The notes under the pieces were generated by a model. The model saw nothing but the letters and a program-made list of their open reading frames with translations, was not told where the DNA came from and searched no databases. A stretch of 58,927 nt of DNA, taken from Candidatus Neochristensenella gallicola. Lineage in GTDB: Bacteria > Bacillota > Clostridia > Christensenellales > QALW01. The DNA lies in assembly GCA_904419735.1 (NCBI GenBank), contig CAJFSR010000002.1, positions 1 to 58,927 of the forward strand. Reading direction: 5' to 3'. Positions 37,903 to 46,977 of the stretch are shown here, piece after piece; position 1 is the stretch's first letter; every line of letters begins with the position of its first letter. The position numbers were made by a program, and so were the translations under genes.

Positions 37903-39585
37903 TTATGTATTTTTAATTTTCTGCTTAAAAGCGGCGCATGATTCAAGCATTTCCTTTCCGTGCCCGCGGGCAAGAGAGGTTTCTCCCCCGCCTGTCAGCC
38001 GGGCTATTTCATCTATACGCCCATCCTCATCCAGCAGGGAAAGCCTGGTGACTGTATTGTCCTGAGTGGATATTTTTTCTATAAAATAGTGACGGTCGGC
38101 CATAGCTGCTATGACCGCCAGATGGGTTACGCAAAGCACCTGATGCGAAGCGGCTATTCCGGCCATTTTTTCAGCAGTTACTTTTGCCATGCGGCCGCTT
38201 ATGCCGGTATCTATTTCGTCAAAAACCATTGTGGGGATCATGTCTTTTTGAGCCAATATTCCCTTTATCGCAAGCATGAGCCGGCTTAATTCGCCGCCGG
38301 AAATTATTTTGGTCAAGGGCTTAAGCGGCTGTCCCGGATTTGCTGAAAACATAAATTCAGCCGTATCCGCGCCGTCCTGAGAGGGCGGCTTCTGGTTCAT
38401 CTGAATGGAGAACAGCGCTTTATCCATGCCTAATTCGGCTAACTCGGATTTAATTTTTTTTGCAAGCTGCTCAGCGGCCTTTTTGCGTATATCAGTCAAT
38501 TTGCCGCAGGCCTCGTCCAGCTCGCGCTTCCTTGCTTTCAGCTCTTTTTTTAAATTTTCAATGGTCTGTCCGGCATTAAGAAGCTCGTCCAGTTCTATTT
38601 CGGCTTTATGCATGTAAGCTATGGCTTTTTCTTCAGTATCGCCGTATTTGCGCAGAATATCCGAAATAAGCTCCATGCGGCTCTCCACCTGTTCCAACCG
38701 GCGGGGGTCGTTTTCCAGAGCGTCCGCCTGCTCTGATATTTCACTGCTTATATCTTCCAATTCATAATAAGCGGATTCCATTCGCTGGACCAATTCGTCA
38801 AAATCGTCTGTATAGCGCTCTAAAGAACGGAGAGCGCTTATACCCGAACGTATATAATCCAGCGCGGCGCCTTCTCCGTTAAGAGCCTGGGAGCTCTCGG
38901 CCAGGCCTTCGGCCAGCTGCTCCACATTCAGCAGCCTGGAGCGCTCGGTGTTAAGCTCTTCCAATTCGCCCGGCTCTAATTCAGCCATCTGAATTTCATC
39001 TATCTGATATTTCAGCAGGTCTATATTACGCGCTCTTTCTTCATCAGTGCCCCAATCGCCGTGCAGCCTGCGTTCAACGCTTTTATATGCCTCGTAAGCC
39101 CTGCCTGCCAGGCTTTTGGCATTAAGCGCTTCTTCTCCGGCATAAGCGTCTAAAAAGGTTAAGTGGTTTTCGCTTTTCAAAAGGGCCTGATGCTCATGCT
39201 GGCCGTGTATATCTACCAGCCACGAGGATACTTCTCGCAGCATGGACAGGGTGACAATGCGGCCGTTTATCCGGCATGTGCTTTTCCCGTCCCTTGTAAG
39301 CTCGCGCGATAAAATAAGGCACTCGTCCTCAGCGTCCAGACCCATTTCTTCAAGCGCATTTATGCGCTCAGCGGGGATATCAAAGCTGCCCTGGACAAAG
39401 CCCTTATTCTGCCCTATCCTGACTAAATCCTTATCTCCCCTGGCGCCGAAAAGCAGATTGAGCGAATCCACCAGTATGGATTTGCCCGCCCCTGTTTCGC
39501 CGGTAATTACATTCAGCCCTTCTCCAAATTCTACATTAATATTATCCATGAGGGCTATATTTTTAATGTTAAGGCTGCGCAGCAT
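37903..39585 (-). CDS. recN: DNA repair protein RecN
   Basis: TGETGAGKS, IHGQHEHQ, SGGELSR, FDEIDTGISG, VTH. Confidence 0.97.
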   Translation of the reverse strand: MLRSLNIKNIALMDNINVEFGEGLNVITGETGAGKSILVDSLNLLFGARGDKDLVRIGQNKGFVQGSFDIPAERINALEEMGLDAEDECLILSRELTRDGKSTCRINGRIVTLSMLREVSSWLVDIHGQHEHQALLKSENHLTFLDAYAGEEALNAKSLAGRAYEAYKSVERRLHGDWGTDEERARNIDLLKYQIDEIQMAELEPGELEELNTERSRLLNVEQLAEGLAESSQALNGEGAALDYIRSGISALRSLERYTDDFDELVQRMESAYYELEDISSEISEQADALENDPRRLEQVESRMELISDILRKYGDTEEKAIAYMHKAEIELDELLNAGQTIENLKKELKARKRELDEACGKLTDIRKKAAEQLAKKIKSELAELGMDKALFSIQMNQKPPSQDGADTAEFMFSANPGQPLKPLTKIISGGELSRLMLAIKGILAQKDMIPTMVFDEIDTGISGRMAKVTAEKMAGIAASHQVLCVTHLAVIAAMADRHYFIEKISTQDNTVTRLSLLDEDGRIDEIARLTGGGETSLARGHGKEMLESCAAFKQKIKNT

Positions 39586-39595
39586 ATAAACCTTC

Positions 39596-40045
39596 CTAAT
39601 TCATAAGCTTTTTAAACTGATTCATTACGCCTTTAACCGATTGATTATCGGCTGTGACCACAAGCACCGTATCATCGCCGGCAACGCAGCCTATTATCCT
39701 GTCGTCTGTCATGGAATCCACCACTACCGCCACAGTATTGGCGCTGCCCTGTATGGTCTTAATAACTATAAGATTATTGGCCGCCTGGAGAGAAAGAACT
39801 GCTCCTGCAAAAAGCTTATGAAATCGTTCTTCCTGCTCGCTTTTGTTCTTGTGCTCGGTTGAATATTTATATCCGCCCTTTTTTGAGGGGACCTTTATCA
39901 GCTTCAGCTCTTTAATATCCCTGGAAACAGTCGCCTGAGTAACCTGAAAGCCGTTTCGGCTGAGTTCGGCCGCAAGCTCGTCCTGCGTTTCCAGCTCTTT
40001 TGCTTCTATAAGCTCAAGTATTTTAGCATGTCTCTTGGACTTCAT
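39596..40045 (-). CDS. argR: Arginine repressor
   Basis: TQDEL, VTQATVSRDIKEL, GCVAGDDT. Confidence 0.96.
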   Translation of the reverse strand: MKSKRHAKILELIEAKELETQDELAAELSRNGFQVTQATVSRDIKELKLIKVPSKKGGYKYSTEHKNKSEQEERFHKLFAGAVLSLQAANNLIVIKTIQGSANTVAVVVDSMTDDRIIGCVAGDDTVLVVTADNQSVKGVMNQFKKLMN

Positions 40046-40060
40046 ATGTTGCACACTTCC

Positions 40061-40915
40061 CTATATTTTATCCTCGCCCGAAATGCTCCATTCGTTCAGC
40101 TTTGAATTTAAAAGCTTATAGAAATTCCGGTTTTTTACAGTCAGGAACTTAGCGTCAAAGGGCGCTCTGGTAACAGTGATTTCGGCATGATTTTCATTAA
40201 GGCGCTGTTCCATGCCGTCGTATATAATAGATACGTCCGCATCAGCTACCACTCTTATTTTTATTATTTCATTATCGGGAAATACGATAGGGCGCGACCT
40301 TAAGGTATGAGCGCATACCGGAGTAAGCAGCATGGCTGAAAGAGAGGGAGAAAGCACAGGCCCTCCGGCCGAAAGAGAATATGCAGTAGAACCGGTAGGA
40401 CTGGCTATTATGAGCCCATCGGCATAAAAACTGTCCGCCATAATGTCGCCGGCAAAGACATCCAGCCTTATAATGCGTTCGTATACCGCTCTATGTACTG
40501 AAATTTCATTAAGGGCATAAAAAGTCTTGCCGTGGACCCGGCATTCCAGCATCATGCGTTGGTCAATTTTATAATCGCCGGCGGCAATGACATCCAATGC
40601 ATCGTTAATTTCTGAAATTTCAATTTCAGAAAGAAAGCCCAGGCGTCCCATATTTATCCCCATAACCGGCTTGCCCTTTATGGACGCTTCGGCTATTACT
40701 CCCAGCATGGTGCCGTCTCCGCCTAAAACAAATATGGCGTTGCTTCGGTTAAAGAAAGTAGCGCGGTTAATAACCGGGCGGCCCAGCTTTTCGGCCACGT
40801 CTCCAAAAAGAAGAGGTTCTATTCCGCGTTTTTCCAATAACTCTATCAGAAGCCTGGTAACATCCAGGGTTATATCCTTATTAAGATTGACAATTATACC
40901 TATACATTTGAGCAT
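40061..40915 (-). CDS. nadK: NAD kinase
   Basis: LGGDGT, GRLGFL, LNE, DGLIIASPTGSTAYSLSAGGP. Confidence 0.96.
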   Translation of the reverse strand: MLKCIGIIVNLNKDITLDVTRLLIELLEKRGIEPLLFGDVAEKLGRPVINRATFFNRSNAIFVLGGDGTMLGVIAEASIKGKPVMGINMGRLGFLSEIEISEINDALDVIAAGDYKIDQRMMLECRVHGKTFYALNEISVHRAVYERIIRLDVFAGDIMADSFYADGLIIASPTGSTAYSLSAGGPVLSPSLSAMLLTPVCAHTLRSRPIVFPDNEIIKIRVVADADVSIIYDGMEQRLNENHAEITVTRAPFDAKFLTVKNRNFYKLLNSKLNEWSISGEDKI

Positions 40916-41027
40916 GAGCGCACCTCCGTATATATTATATACGAAACTGCATAAATATACAAGGAAATAATTTATAAATAACCTGAATTTAATTAATGTG
41001 CTCTTTTGCTGACTTCTTTTATCTTGC

Positions 41028-41567
41028 CTATTGCGCAAGCTTATCAATAAATTTAACCGAGCAGCCGCCTATGGAAAGGTGCAGCGTGTATTCCGAACTG
41101 CCGTCATGATATCTGGTTATTCCTGTTCCGGCGTAACCCGTTAAATCGCCGTATGCAATTTCATAAATAAATCCTTCTGGAGATTGGCTGTTTATTTTGC
41201 AGGAAAGTTCCCAAGCGTTTCCGCTCTCACTGCTGGTTAAAACAATACGGCCATCTTCTGCTTTTAAAAGCAGCTGGTCTACCCTTGCATTCTCATATAA
41301 CTGAGCATTTTCAGAGGAGCAGATTATTATATCCCCTGTATTATCCTGTACCAGAACAAACTCCCAGTTATGACTTTCAATAGACAAATCATTTTGGGCA
41401 ATGCTTTTATTTAAAGGGATTAATAAACATATAATAATAGCTAGGCATACGGCGGCCAATGTGACAATTAACCATGCCGGTTTCTTACAGCCGGGCTTGG
41501 CCGCTGTGCCTTCCCTGGCCGCTGTTTCCTCCAACGAAGATTCAGAATTGTTTATATAATTATGCAT
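41028..41567 (-). CDS. Hypothetical single-pass membrane protein
   Basis: ORF with one hydrophobic helix and a beta-rich extracellular part; start uncertain. Confidence 0.6.
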   Translation of the reverse strand: MHNYINNSESSLEETAAREGTAAKPGCKKPAWLIVTLAAVCLAIIICLLIPLNKSIAQNDLSIESHNWEFVLVQDNTGDIIICSSENAQLYENARVDQLLLKAEDGRIVLTSSESGNAWELSCKINSQSPEGFIYEIAYGDLTGYAGTGITRYHDGSSEYTLHLSIGGCSVKFIDKLAQ

Positions 41568-41712
41568 TTCGCTTTTAACTTTCCCCTTTTTAAATTTATT
41601 TATATGCAATTCTATACTTGCCTTATTGCAATTTTCGCCCTATAGTTTATACTTTTTATATTTTTAGGTTCGGGCATTGCAAAATCTGATTTATCAATGC
41701 CAACTTGCTCAG

Positions 41713-42525
41713 TCAATATTTCACGGTTTCTTTTGTTTTGCTGTCAAACATTACAGTATGGTCAAAGCAGGTGATATTTTCTGTTCCCAGCTTCTCCATC
41801 CATTTAATAACCTCCTGAGTTTTAAAAGGGCCGGCTCCCGGAGGCCCGCCTATATACGGCACGTTCTGCCAGAGCCAGTCGGGTGTGGGCCAGAACGCCC
41901 ATTTGGGCTGTATTGCCTGATATACATCCTCCTCTACGCCGTTTTGGCCGTGATGGGCCATTTGTACAGCATCAGCTTTAAGGTCATAGCCTTTTTCAAG
42001 CAGACGGCGTCCCCCTTCCGCGCCTAAGTCGCCTAGAATTATGAGGGAAAAATCCTCTTCGCTCACTCTAAAAACGCAGGATTGATTGTTAAAAGGCTCG
42101 TTTAGCAAATCGGGATTAGCGCCGCTTAACACCTCTACGCGCATAGAGCCCAGTTGAAATACTTGGCCTTCCTCAATTTTAAACACATTATCAAGTGTAC
42201 GCTCAAATCCATTCCAGTTAAGCAGGTCTTCTTCATCCCGTTTGCCTGTTGCCCAGCTGTCGGGCAGCATTGAGGTGCCAATCCTGTCTACGGTAATTCC
42301 CTGCGGCTCTGTCAATACGCCTATTACGGCGTTGTGGTGATCGCAGTGGGGATGGGTTATGAGCCATAGGTTCACATGGCCGCCTGCGCTTTTAATAAGA
42401 CGGCGCAGCTCGTCCTCGTTTCCGCTGTAGCCTCCGTCTATAACCAATAATTCGCCGCTCTCGGCAATAATCTCATAGCCCATGCTTTGCTTGTCGTTCA
42501 TATTGGTCTGCTGAATTATTTTCAT
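41713..42525 (-). CDS. MBL-fold metallo-hydrolase (ComEC/Rec2-like)
   Basis: VIDGG, THPHCDH, NNQS, LGD, QMAHHG. Confidence 0.88.
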   Translation of the reverse strand: MKIIQQTNMNDKQSMGYEIIAESGELLVIDGGYSGNEDELRRLIKSAGGHVNLWLITHPHCDHHNAVIGVLTEPQGITVDRIGTSMLPDSWATGKRDEEDLLNWNGFERTLDNVFKIEEGQVFQLGSMRVEVLSGANPDLLNEPFNNQSCVFRVSEEDFSLIILGDLGAEGGRRLLEKGYDLKADAVQMAHHGQNGVEEDVYQAIQPKWAFWPTPDWLWQNVPYIGGPPGAGPFKTQEVIKWMEKLGTENITCFDHTVMFDSKTKETVKY

Positions 42526-42593
42526 CTTTACAAGCTCCTTATTTATTGCCCTATTAAGAATTATATTGGATCAAGGGTATATTCTAAATATAA

Positions 42594-42756
42594 TACCCTA
42601 AATTAACAAGGGGATGCACGCCTCCAGCGGTCTGATTTCGGCATTTTCTGCGTCGTCGTCAATGGGTTTATGTTCAGTACACGGAGCGAAAAGCAACACA
42701 GCAGGACACTCAAACAGCCCTGTCCTGACCGTATATGCCCTTGCCAATTTAGGGTA
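42594..42756 (-). mobile_element. MITE family A copy 4 (163 bp, internally deleted)
   Basis: taccctaaattaacaaggg...cccttgccaatttagggta; interior joins gttcagtacac directly to ggagcgaaaa. Confidence 0.88.
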
Positions 42757-42925
42757 TAACTGCAAAAAAACGGCGGGAAACCCCGCCATTTTTCAAACTA
42801 TATAACCATGAATAAAAAACAGGGCATATAAGCCTTTAGACTGAATTGTAAAATTCACAATCAAGGCTTAAATCATCAATACAGCGTATCGAAAAATACC
42901 GCGGCGTAAATCCATACAAGAGCTA

Positions 42926-43339
42926 TTAAACGTCACTGTCCGCTTCCAGGATAGCAAGCTGGGCCTCCAGCAGATATTTTATTCTATTTTTTATATTTTC
43001 TTCTTCCGCCCTGAGAGAATCCACATGCTCAAGCTGTTCCCGCGCACGCTGCTCCGAAGCACGCATAAGCTCGGAAGCACGCTGCTGGGCGTTTTTAATA
43101 ATGTTGCTGCGCAGCTCTCCCGCCTCAGCCAAAGCAAAGTCTATAGCCTTTTCTTTGGATTTAAATTCTGCAAGCTGTTTGGATAAGGCGTGCAGACGGC
43201 TGTCCAGCCGCTCGTTTTCATTTTGAAGCATTTCTATGCGCCCGCACAGCCTGTCTATCTCTGCATCCACCTCAGGAACTGAATATCCGTTTTTTACTTT
43301 AGAAAATTCAGCGCTCTGATGTTTGCTGTTATCCTCCAC
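42926..43339 (-). CDS. DivIVA-domain protein
   Basis: FSKVKNGYSVPEVD followed by a coiled coil; follows sepF. Confidence 0.85.
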   Translation of the reverse strand: MEDNSKHQSAEFSKVKNGYSVPEVDAEIDRLCGRIEMLQNENERLDSRLHALSKQLAEFKSKEKAIDFALAEAGELRSNIIKNAQQRASELMRASEQRAREQLEHVDSLRAEEENIKNRIKYLLEAQLAILEADSDV

Positions 43340-43356
43340 GGCTTATCCCCTCAATC

Positions 43357-43983
43357 TTATTGCCTGTATCTGTCGTTTTCGTCCAGCACTAAAAATCCGT
43401 CCGTGCTGGGCTCCTGCTCTTTATCTCTCTCCGGCTTCTCAATTTTAGTATCGGTAGAAGTGAAAAGGTAAATACCCTTAGAAATTTTTGTTACCTGAGC
43501 TTCCAGGGCAAAAGCTGCACCGCTCATAAAATCCAGAATGCGCTGGGCTATTTCCTTTTCGATAGAATCCAATTTAATAATTATCTGCTTATTTTGCTTA
43601 AGCTGCAAAACCAGCTCCTGAGATTCAGTATATGTAGCAGGCGAATGAATAAGCATAGTATGCGAATTTGCGCCTCCCTGTATGGAAGAAAGCCTTGACC
43701 TCTTCCGACGGGCTTCATAAATATCGTCTGTCTGATTATAATCATGAGTATTCATGCTGACATCCTCCCTATTGCTTTCCCTCCGAGCGTACCGGGAGCT
43801 GCTTGCCGTCTGACTGCTGCTTCCGGACGAACGCGGATATCTGTTTGTGGTAACGGTTATGCCGTCCCGCTCCTGAATATCCTCATCCTCTTCTTCCTCA
43901 TCTTCAAACGTATTATCGAAATCGTCCTCATCCTCTTTGGATACACCGATAATTTCCAGCATCTTGTTTAAACCCTTGCCCAT
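43357..43983 (-). CDS. sepF: Cell division protein SepF
   Basis: Acidic linker; AQRILDFMSGAAFAL...KIS..IYLFT. Confidence 0.9.
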   Translation of the reverse strand: MGKGLNKMLEIIGVSKEDEDDFDNTFEDEEEEDEDIQERDGITVTTNRYPRSSGSSSQTASSSRYARRESNREDVSMNTHDYNQTDDIYEARRKRSRLSSIQGGANSHTMLIHSPATYTESQELVLQLKQNKQIIIKLDSIEKEIAQRILDFMSGAAFALEAQVTKISKGIYLFTSTDTKIEKPERDKEQEPSTDGFLVLDENDRYRQ

Positions 43984-44013
43984 ATTTTACACGCTCCTAA
44001 ATTATTTTTATTA

Positions 44014-44700
44014 TTATTTTCTGTCGCCGAATAAAGCGCGTCCCGGACGTATCATATTGCTGCCTTCCAAAACGGCCTCAAAATAATCCTCGCTCATGCC
44101 CATAGACAGAGTGGCTTCTTTCAGCCCGATATGCCCGCAGAATACCTCATAGAGCCGGTACATCTCAGCAAAGCAGGCGCGCCGCTGATCCGGATCAATC
44201 TCAATGGGAGCTACCGTCATAAGCCCGCTTACCTTAAGCGCAGGCAGCTTCACAAGACTGTCGCAGAACTGCTTTACTGTGTCAGCCAAAGGCTCAACGC
44301 CGCCTTTAGACGGTTCCCTGCCGATATTTATCTCTATAAGCACAGGCATAACTAATTCATGCTTAAGCGCCTGACGATTTATTTCCTGAGCCAAAGACAG
44401 CCTGTCCACCGATTGAATCAGACTAACTTTATCAATTATATATTTTACCTTATTACTCTGTAATTGTCCAATGAAAAATGCCTGTCCGGGACTTGTTATA
44501 TTTGGATATTTTTCAAGCAGCTCCTGCACCCTGTTTTCACCGTATGCAGGTATGCCCAAATCCAATGCCTCATTTATTTCCTGCGCAGTTCTGGTTTTGC
44601 TTGCGGCCACTATGGTTATTTCCTCTGTCCTGCGGCCCGCCTTAAGACAGGCTTGGCTGACGCGCTCTTTAAGCGCAAGTATATTCTGCTCTAAATTCAT
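44014..44700 (-). CDS. yggS: PLP homeostasis protein (YggS/YlmE)
   Basis: VAASKT, GENRVQE, IGQLQSNKVK, GLMT, LSMGMSEDY. Confidence 0.94.
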   Translation of the reverse strand: MNLEQNILALKERVSQACLKAGRRTEEITIVAASKTRTAQEINEALDLGIPAYGENRVQELLEKYPNITSPGQAFFIGQLQSNKVKYIIDKVSLIQSVDRLSLAQEINRQALKHELVMPVLIEINIGREPSKGGVEPLADTVKQFCDSLVKLPALKVSGLMTVAPIEIDPDQRRACFAEMYRLYEVFCGHIGLKEATLSMGMSEDYFEAVLEGSNMIRPGRALFGDRK

Positions 44701-44744
44701 ACCAGCGTCACTTCTATTCGTTATTTTTAAACATGCCGGGCGGC

Positions 44745-45905
44745 CTATTTATTATATATAGTGCTGTTTAAAAGCAGTTCGCCTTCCCGCGCGGCGACAA
44801 GCGCAGAATTGCCGTTTTCTGCCAGCCGGTTTACATAAACCGCCGTCTTTTGGCCGCTGTCATTAAGCACATAAAGATAGGGCCCGCTTCCGTCATCCCT
44901 TATAAAGCCTGAAGGAACTATAAAGCCTTCATTAATTGGCGAGTTTACGCTTATCTGTACCGAGCGCATGCCCAACACCCTTTGAACCTCGCCGCTTATT
45001 TCAAATATTACCGCTCTGTCCCGGTCATTTATTATATCATAGACCTGAGCGCTGAACGCCCCGTCAACGCCTGAAATGTAAATTTCGGCCTCCGAACCTA
45101 CCGAAATAAATTCATCCTCGCACAGCGCCGCAATATAAAACCTTTCTGCGCTTACTATTTTGGCAACTTCTCCTTCGCGGCGGTTGTTTATTTGAGTATA
45201 TCCGCTTAAGGACTGCTTAATGAGGGACGAGGTTACGCCTGACAGTTCCGAAGCGCTCAGGCTGCCCTCCAAACCGTCGGTAAACCAGGATAAATATCCG
45301 CCTGAAGGCGCAAGCACCTCTTCCTGCCAGCCGCTCAGCGCTGCAATACGCTCCTGTTCATCCGCATAAAGGGATGAAACTGATTCGCTTGGCGAAAAAT
45401 TATCCCGTATATATTGCTGTCTTTCGCTCATTAGCCTTATAAGCTCAGAATTAAGCTCAAAATATGATAAATCCCCCTCTTCATAATCCTGAATATTTTT
45501 GAGGGTCTTTTCTATATCCAAATCATACTGTACAAGCTCAGGCTTATAGATATCCCTTATGGTTTCGCTTTCCTGCGCCGCAGTTATATTTTTTTGAAGC
45601 TCCCATAAATCCCTTACGGCCGAAACCACATAGCCTTTTTTATAGAGACGGGCCACAGTCTGTCCCTGACTTACCAGTTCTCCTTCGGCGGCCTGGTATA
45701 TTAAACGGTCGTTTTCGGGAATATCAATCAGCTGTTCATCATAGATTATTACTGCATCACATAAGCCCGAAGAGGACATGCTGCCATATCGGATATAACT
45801 CTTAGCCGGAGAAAAAATCCAAAAGCACAGTCCGCCTATAACGGCAATGATAAGCACTATAAAAATATAAAATCTCAGCCCTATTCTGTATGACCTCTTA
45901 CCCAA
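44745..45905 (-). CDS. Membrane-anchored HlyD/membrane-fusion-like protein
   Basis: N-terminal TM, EGELVSQGQTVA and APSGGYL lipoyl-like halves flanking a coiled coil; usual clostridial neighbour of yggS. Confidence 0.7.
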   Translation of the reverse strand: MGKRSYRIGLRFYIFIVLIIAVIGGLCFWIFSPAKSYIRYGSMSSSGLCDAVIIYDEQLIDIPENDRLIYQAAEGELVSQGQTVARLYKKGYVVSAVRDLWELQKNITAAQESETIRDIYKPELVQYDLDIEKTLKNIQDYEEGDLSYFELNSELIRLMSERQQYIRDNFSPSESVSSLYADEQERIAALSGWQEEVLAPSGGYLSWFTDGLEGSLSASELSGVTSSLIKQSLSGYTQINNRREGEVAKIVSAERFYIAALCEDEFISVGSEAEIYISGVDGAFSAQVYDIINDRDRAVIFEISGEVQRVLGMRSVQISVNSPINEGFIVPSGFIRDDGSGPYLYVLNDSGQKTAVYVNRLAENGNSALVAAREGELLLNSTIYNK

Positions 45906-45984
45906 GACTTACTCCTCAAATATAATAATCTATTTTTTATATAGTACTACATTTATGACTTTTATGCAATATAATTTGTAATTT

Positions 45985-46899
45985 TTATAGGGAATCTTTT
46001 AATATATTTAATATTTCTGAAGCATATATATCATGTCCGTATTTATTTACATGCCAATCATCCCAAAAAACATCCTTTTCTTCGTTTATTGCAGCTTTAA
46101 TGAGGGTATTGGTGTCGGCTAACGAGATATTCTTCTTCTGGGCCGCTTGTTTAACCCTTTCAATAAAAAGGTCATAATCCCATACGCTCCAGGGTTCTTT
46201 TTGCGGACCGCGTATAGGCGCAGCCGTATGAATGATCAGCTCAGCGCCCAGCCGTTTTGCTCTGTCTATAAATTCCAGGAGAGATAACTGGTAATTGTCA
46301 GGATTTTGCCCGGAAAGCCAGTCATTTATGGTATTAGCTTCCCCAATGATAATTTTAGGCTGATAGACGCAGATATATTCCTGCCAGTAATTCTTCAAAT
46401 ACTGGGACAGCGAAGTGCTGCCTATCCCCGAATTTATAACTGCATATTGCCCGTAATAAGCTTCTACCCTATAAATTATATTGTTTCCCTGCCTATTAAT
46501 TATTTTAAGCTCATGCTCTCCTGAAGGACAAAATATCGGTACAACAGCATACGGCTTTTTTGGGTTGAGTTCTGCCGGCATGCGCAATTCGCCGTCCAGG
46601 TATATTTCTGTGTTTCCCTCTTTTATTTTTCCGCCTGCTTTATCGGCAAATAATTGAATACGGAAAAGCCCGGCTTTGCAGCAGAGACTGTATTTTTCGT
46701 GCTGTTTCGGCTCATATTCAGAGGCCAAGGAGCCGGTCCATTTATTTACAGCTTCTCTAATGCGGTTGGCGTAACATGGATATATAAACGGCATGAAACG
46801 TTTCTCGCCCCCCTGAACAGGAGGAAAAAAGTGTTTTTCGCCGTCTGCGCCCTGTCCCCAAGTGTGGGAATCCCCTTCCAGAACTATTGTCTTAATCAT
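45985..46899 (-). CDS. SGNH/GDSL hydrolase
   Basis: GDSHTWG block I, NSGIGS block II, TIND block III, DDWHVN block V. Confidence 0.88.
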   Translation of the reverse strand: MIKTIVLEGDSHTWGQGADGEKHFFPPVQGGEKRFMPFIYPCYANRIREAVNKWTGSLASEYEPKQHEKYSLCCKAGLFRIQLFADKAGGKIKEGNTEIYLDGELRMPAELNPKKPYAVVPIFCPSGEHELKIINRQGNNIIYRVEAYYGQYAVINSGIGSTSLSQYLKNYWQEYICVYQPKIIIGEANTINDWLSGQNPDNYQLSLLEFIDRAKRLGAELIIHTAAPIRGPQKEPWSVWDYDLFIERVKQAAQKKNISLADTNTLIKAAINEEKDVFWDDWHVNKYGHDIYASEILNILKDSL

Positions 46900-46930
46900 A
46901 ATGCACCTTTGAATATTAGATTGTAAAATA

Positions 46931-46964
46931 AAAAAGCCGTGATTTTTGCAAATACACGGCTTTT
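46931..46964 (-). terminator. Terminator after ppdK
   Basis: aaaagccgtg...cacggctttt. Confidence 0.75.
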
Positions 46965-46977
46965 AAAAATAGTTTAA

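Noticed and set aside
42790-42925. T-box leader or RNase P RNA after the DivIVA-like gene
   Set aside because: A hairpin is present, but there is no T-box sequence (GGTGGNACC) or RNase P signature, and no synthetase downstream
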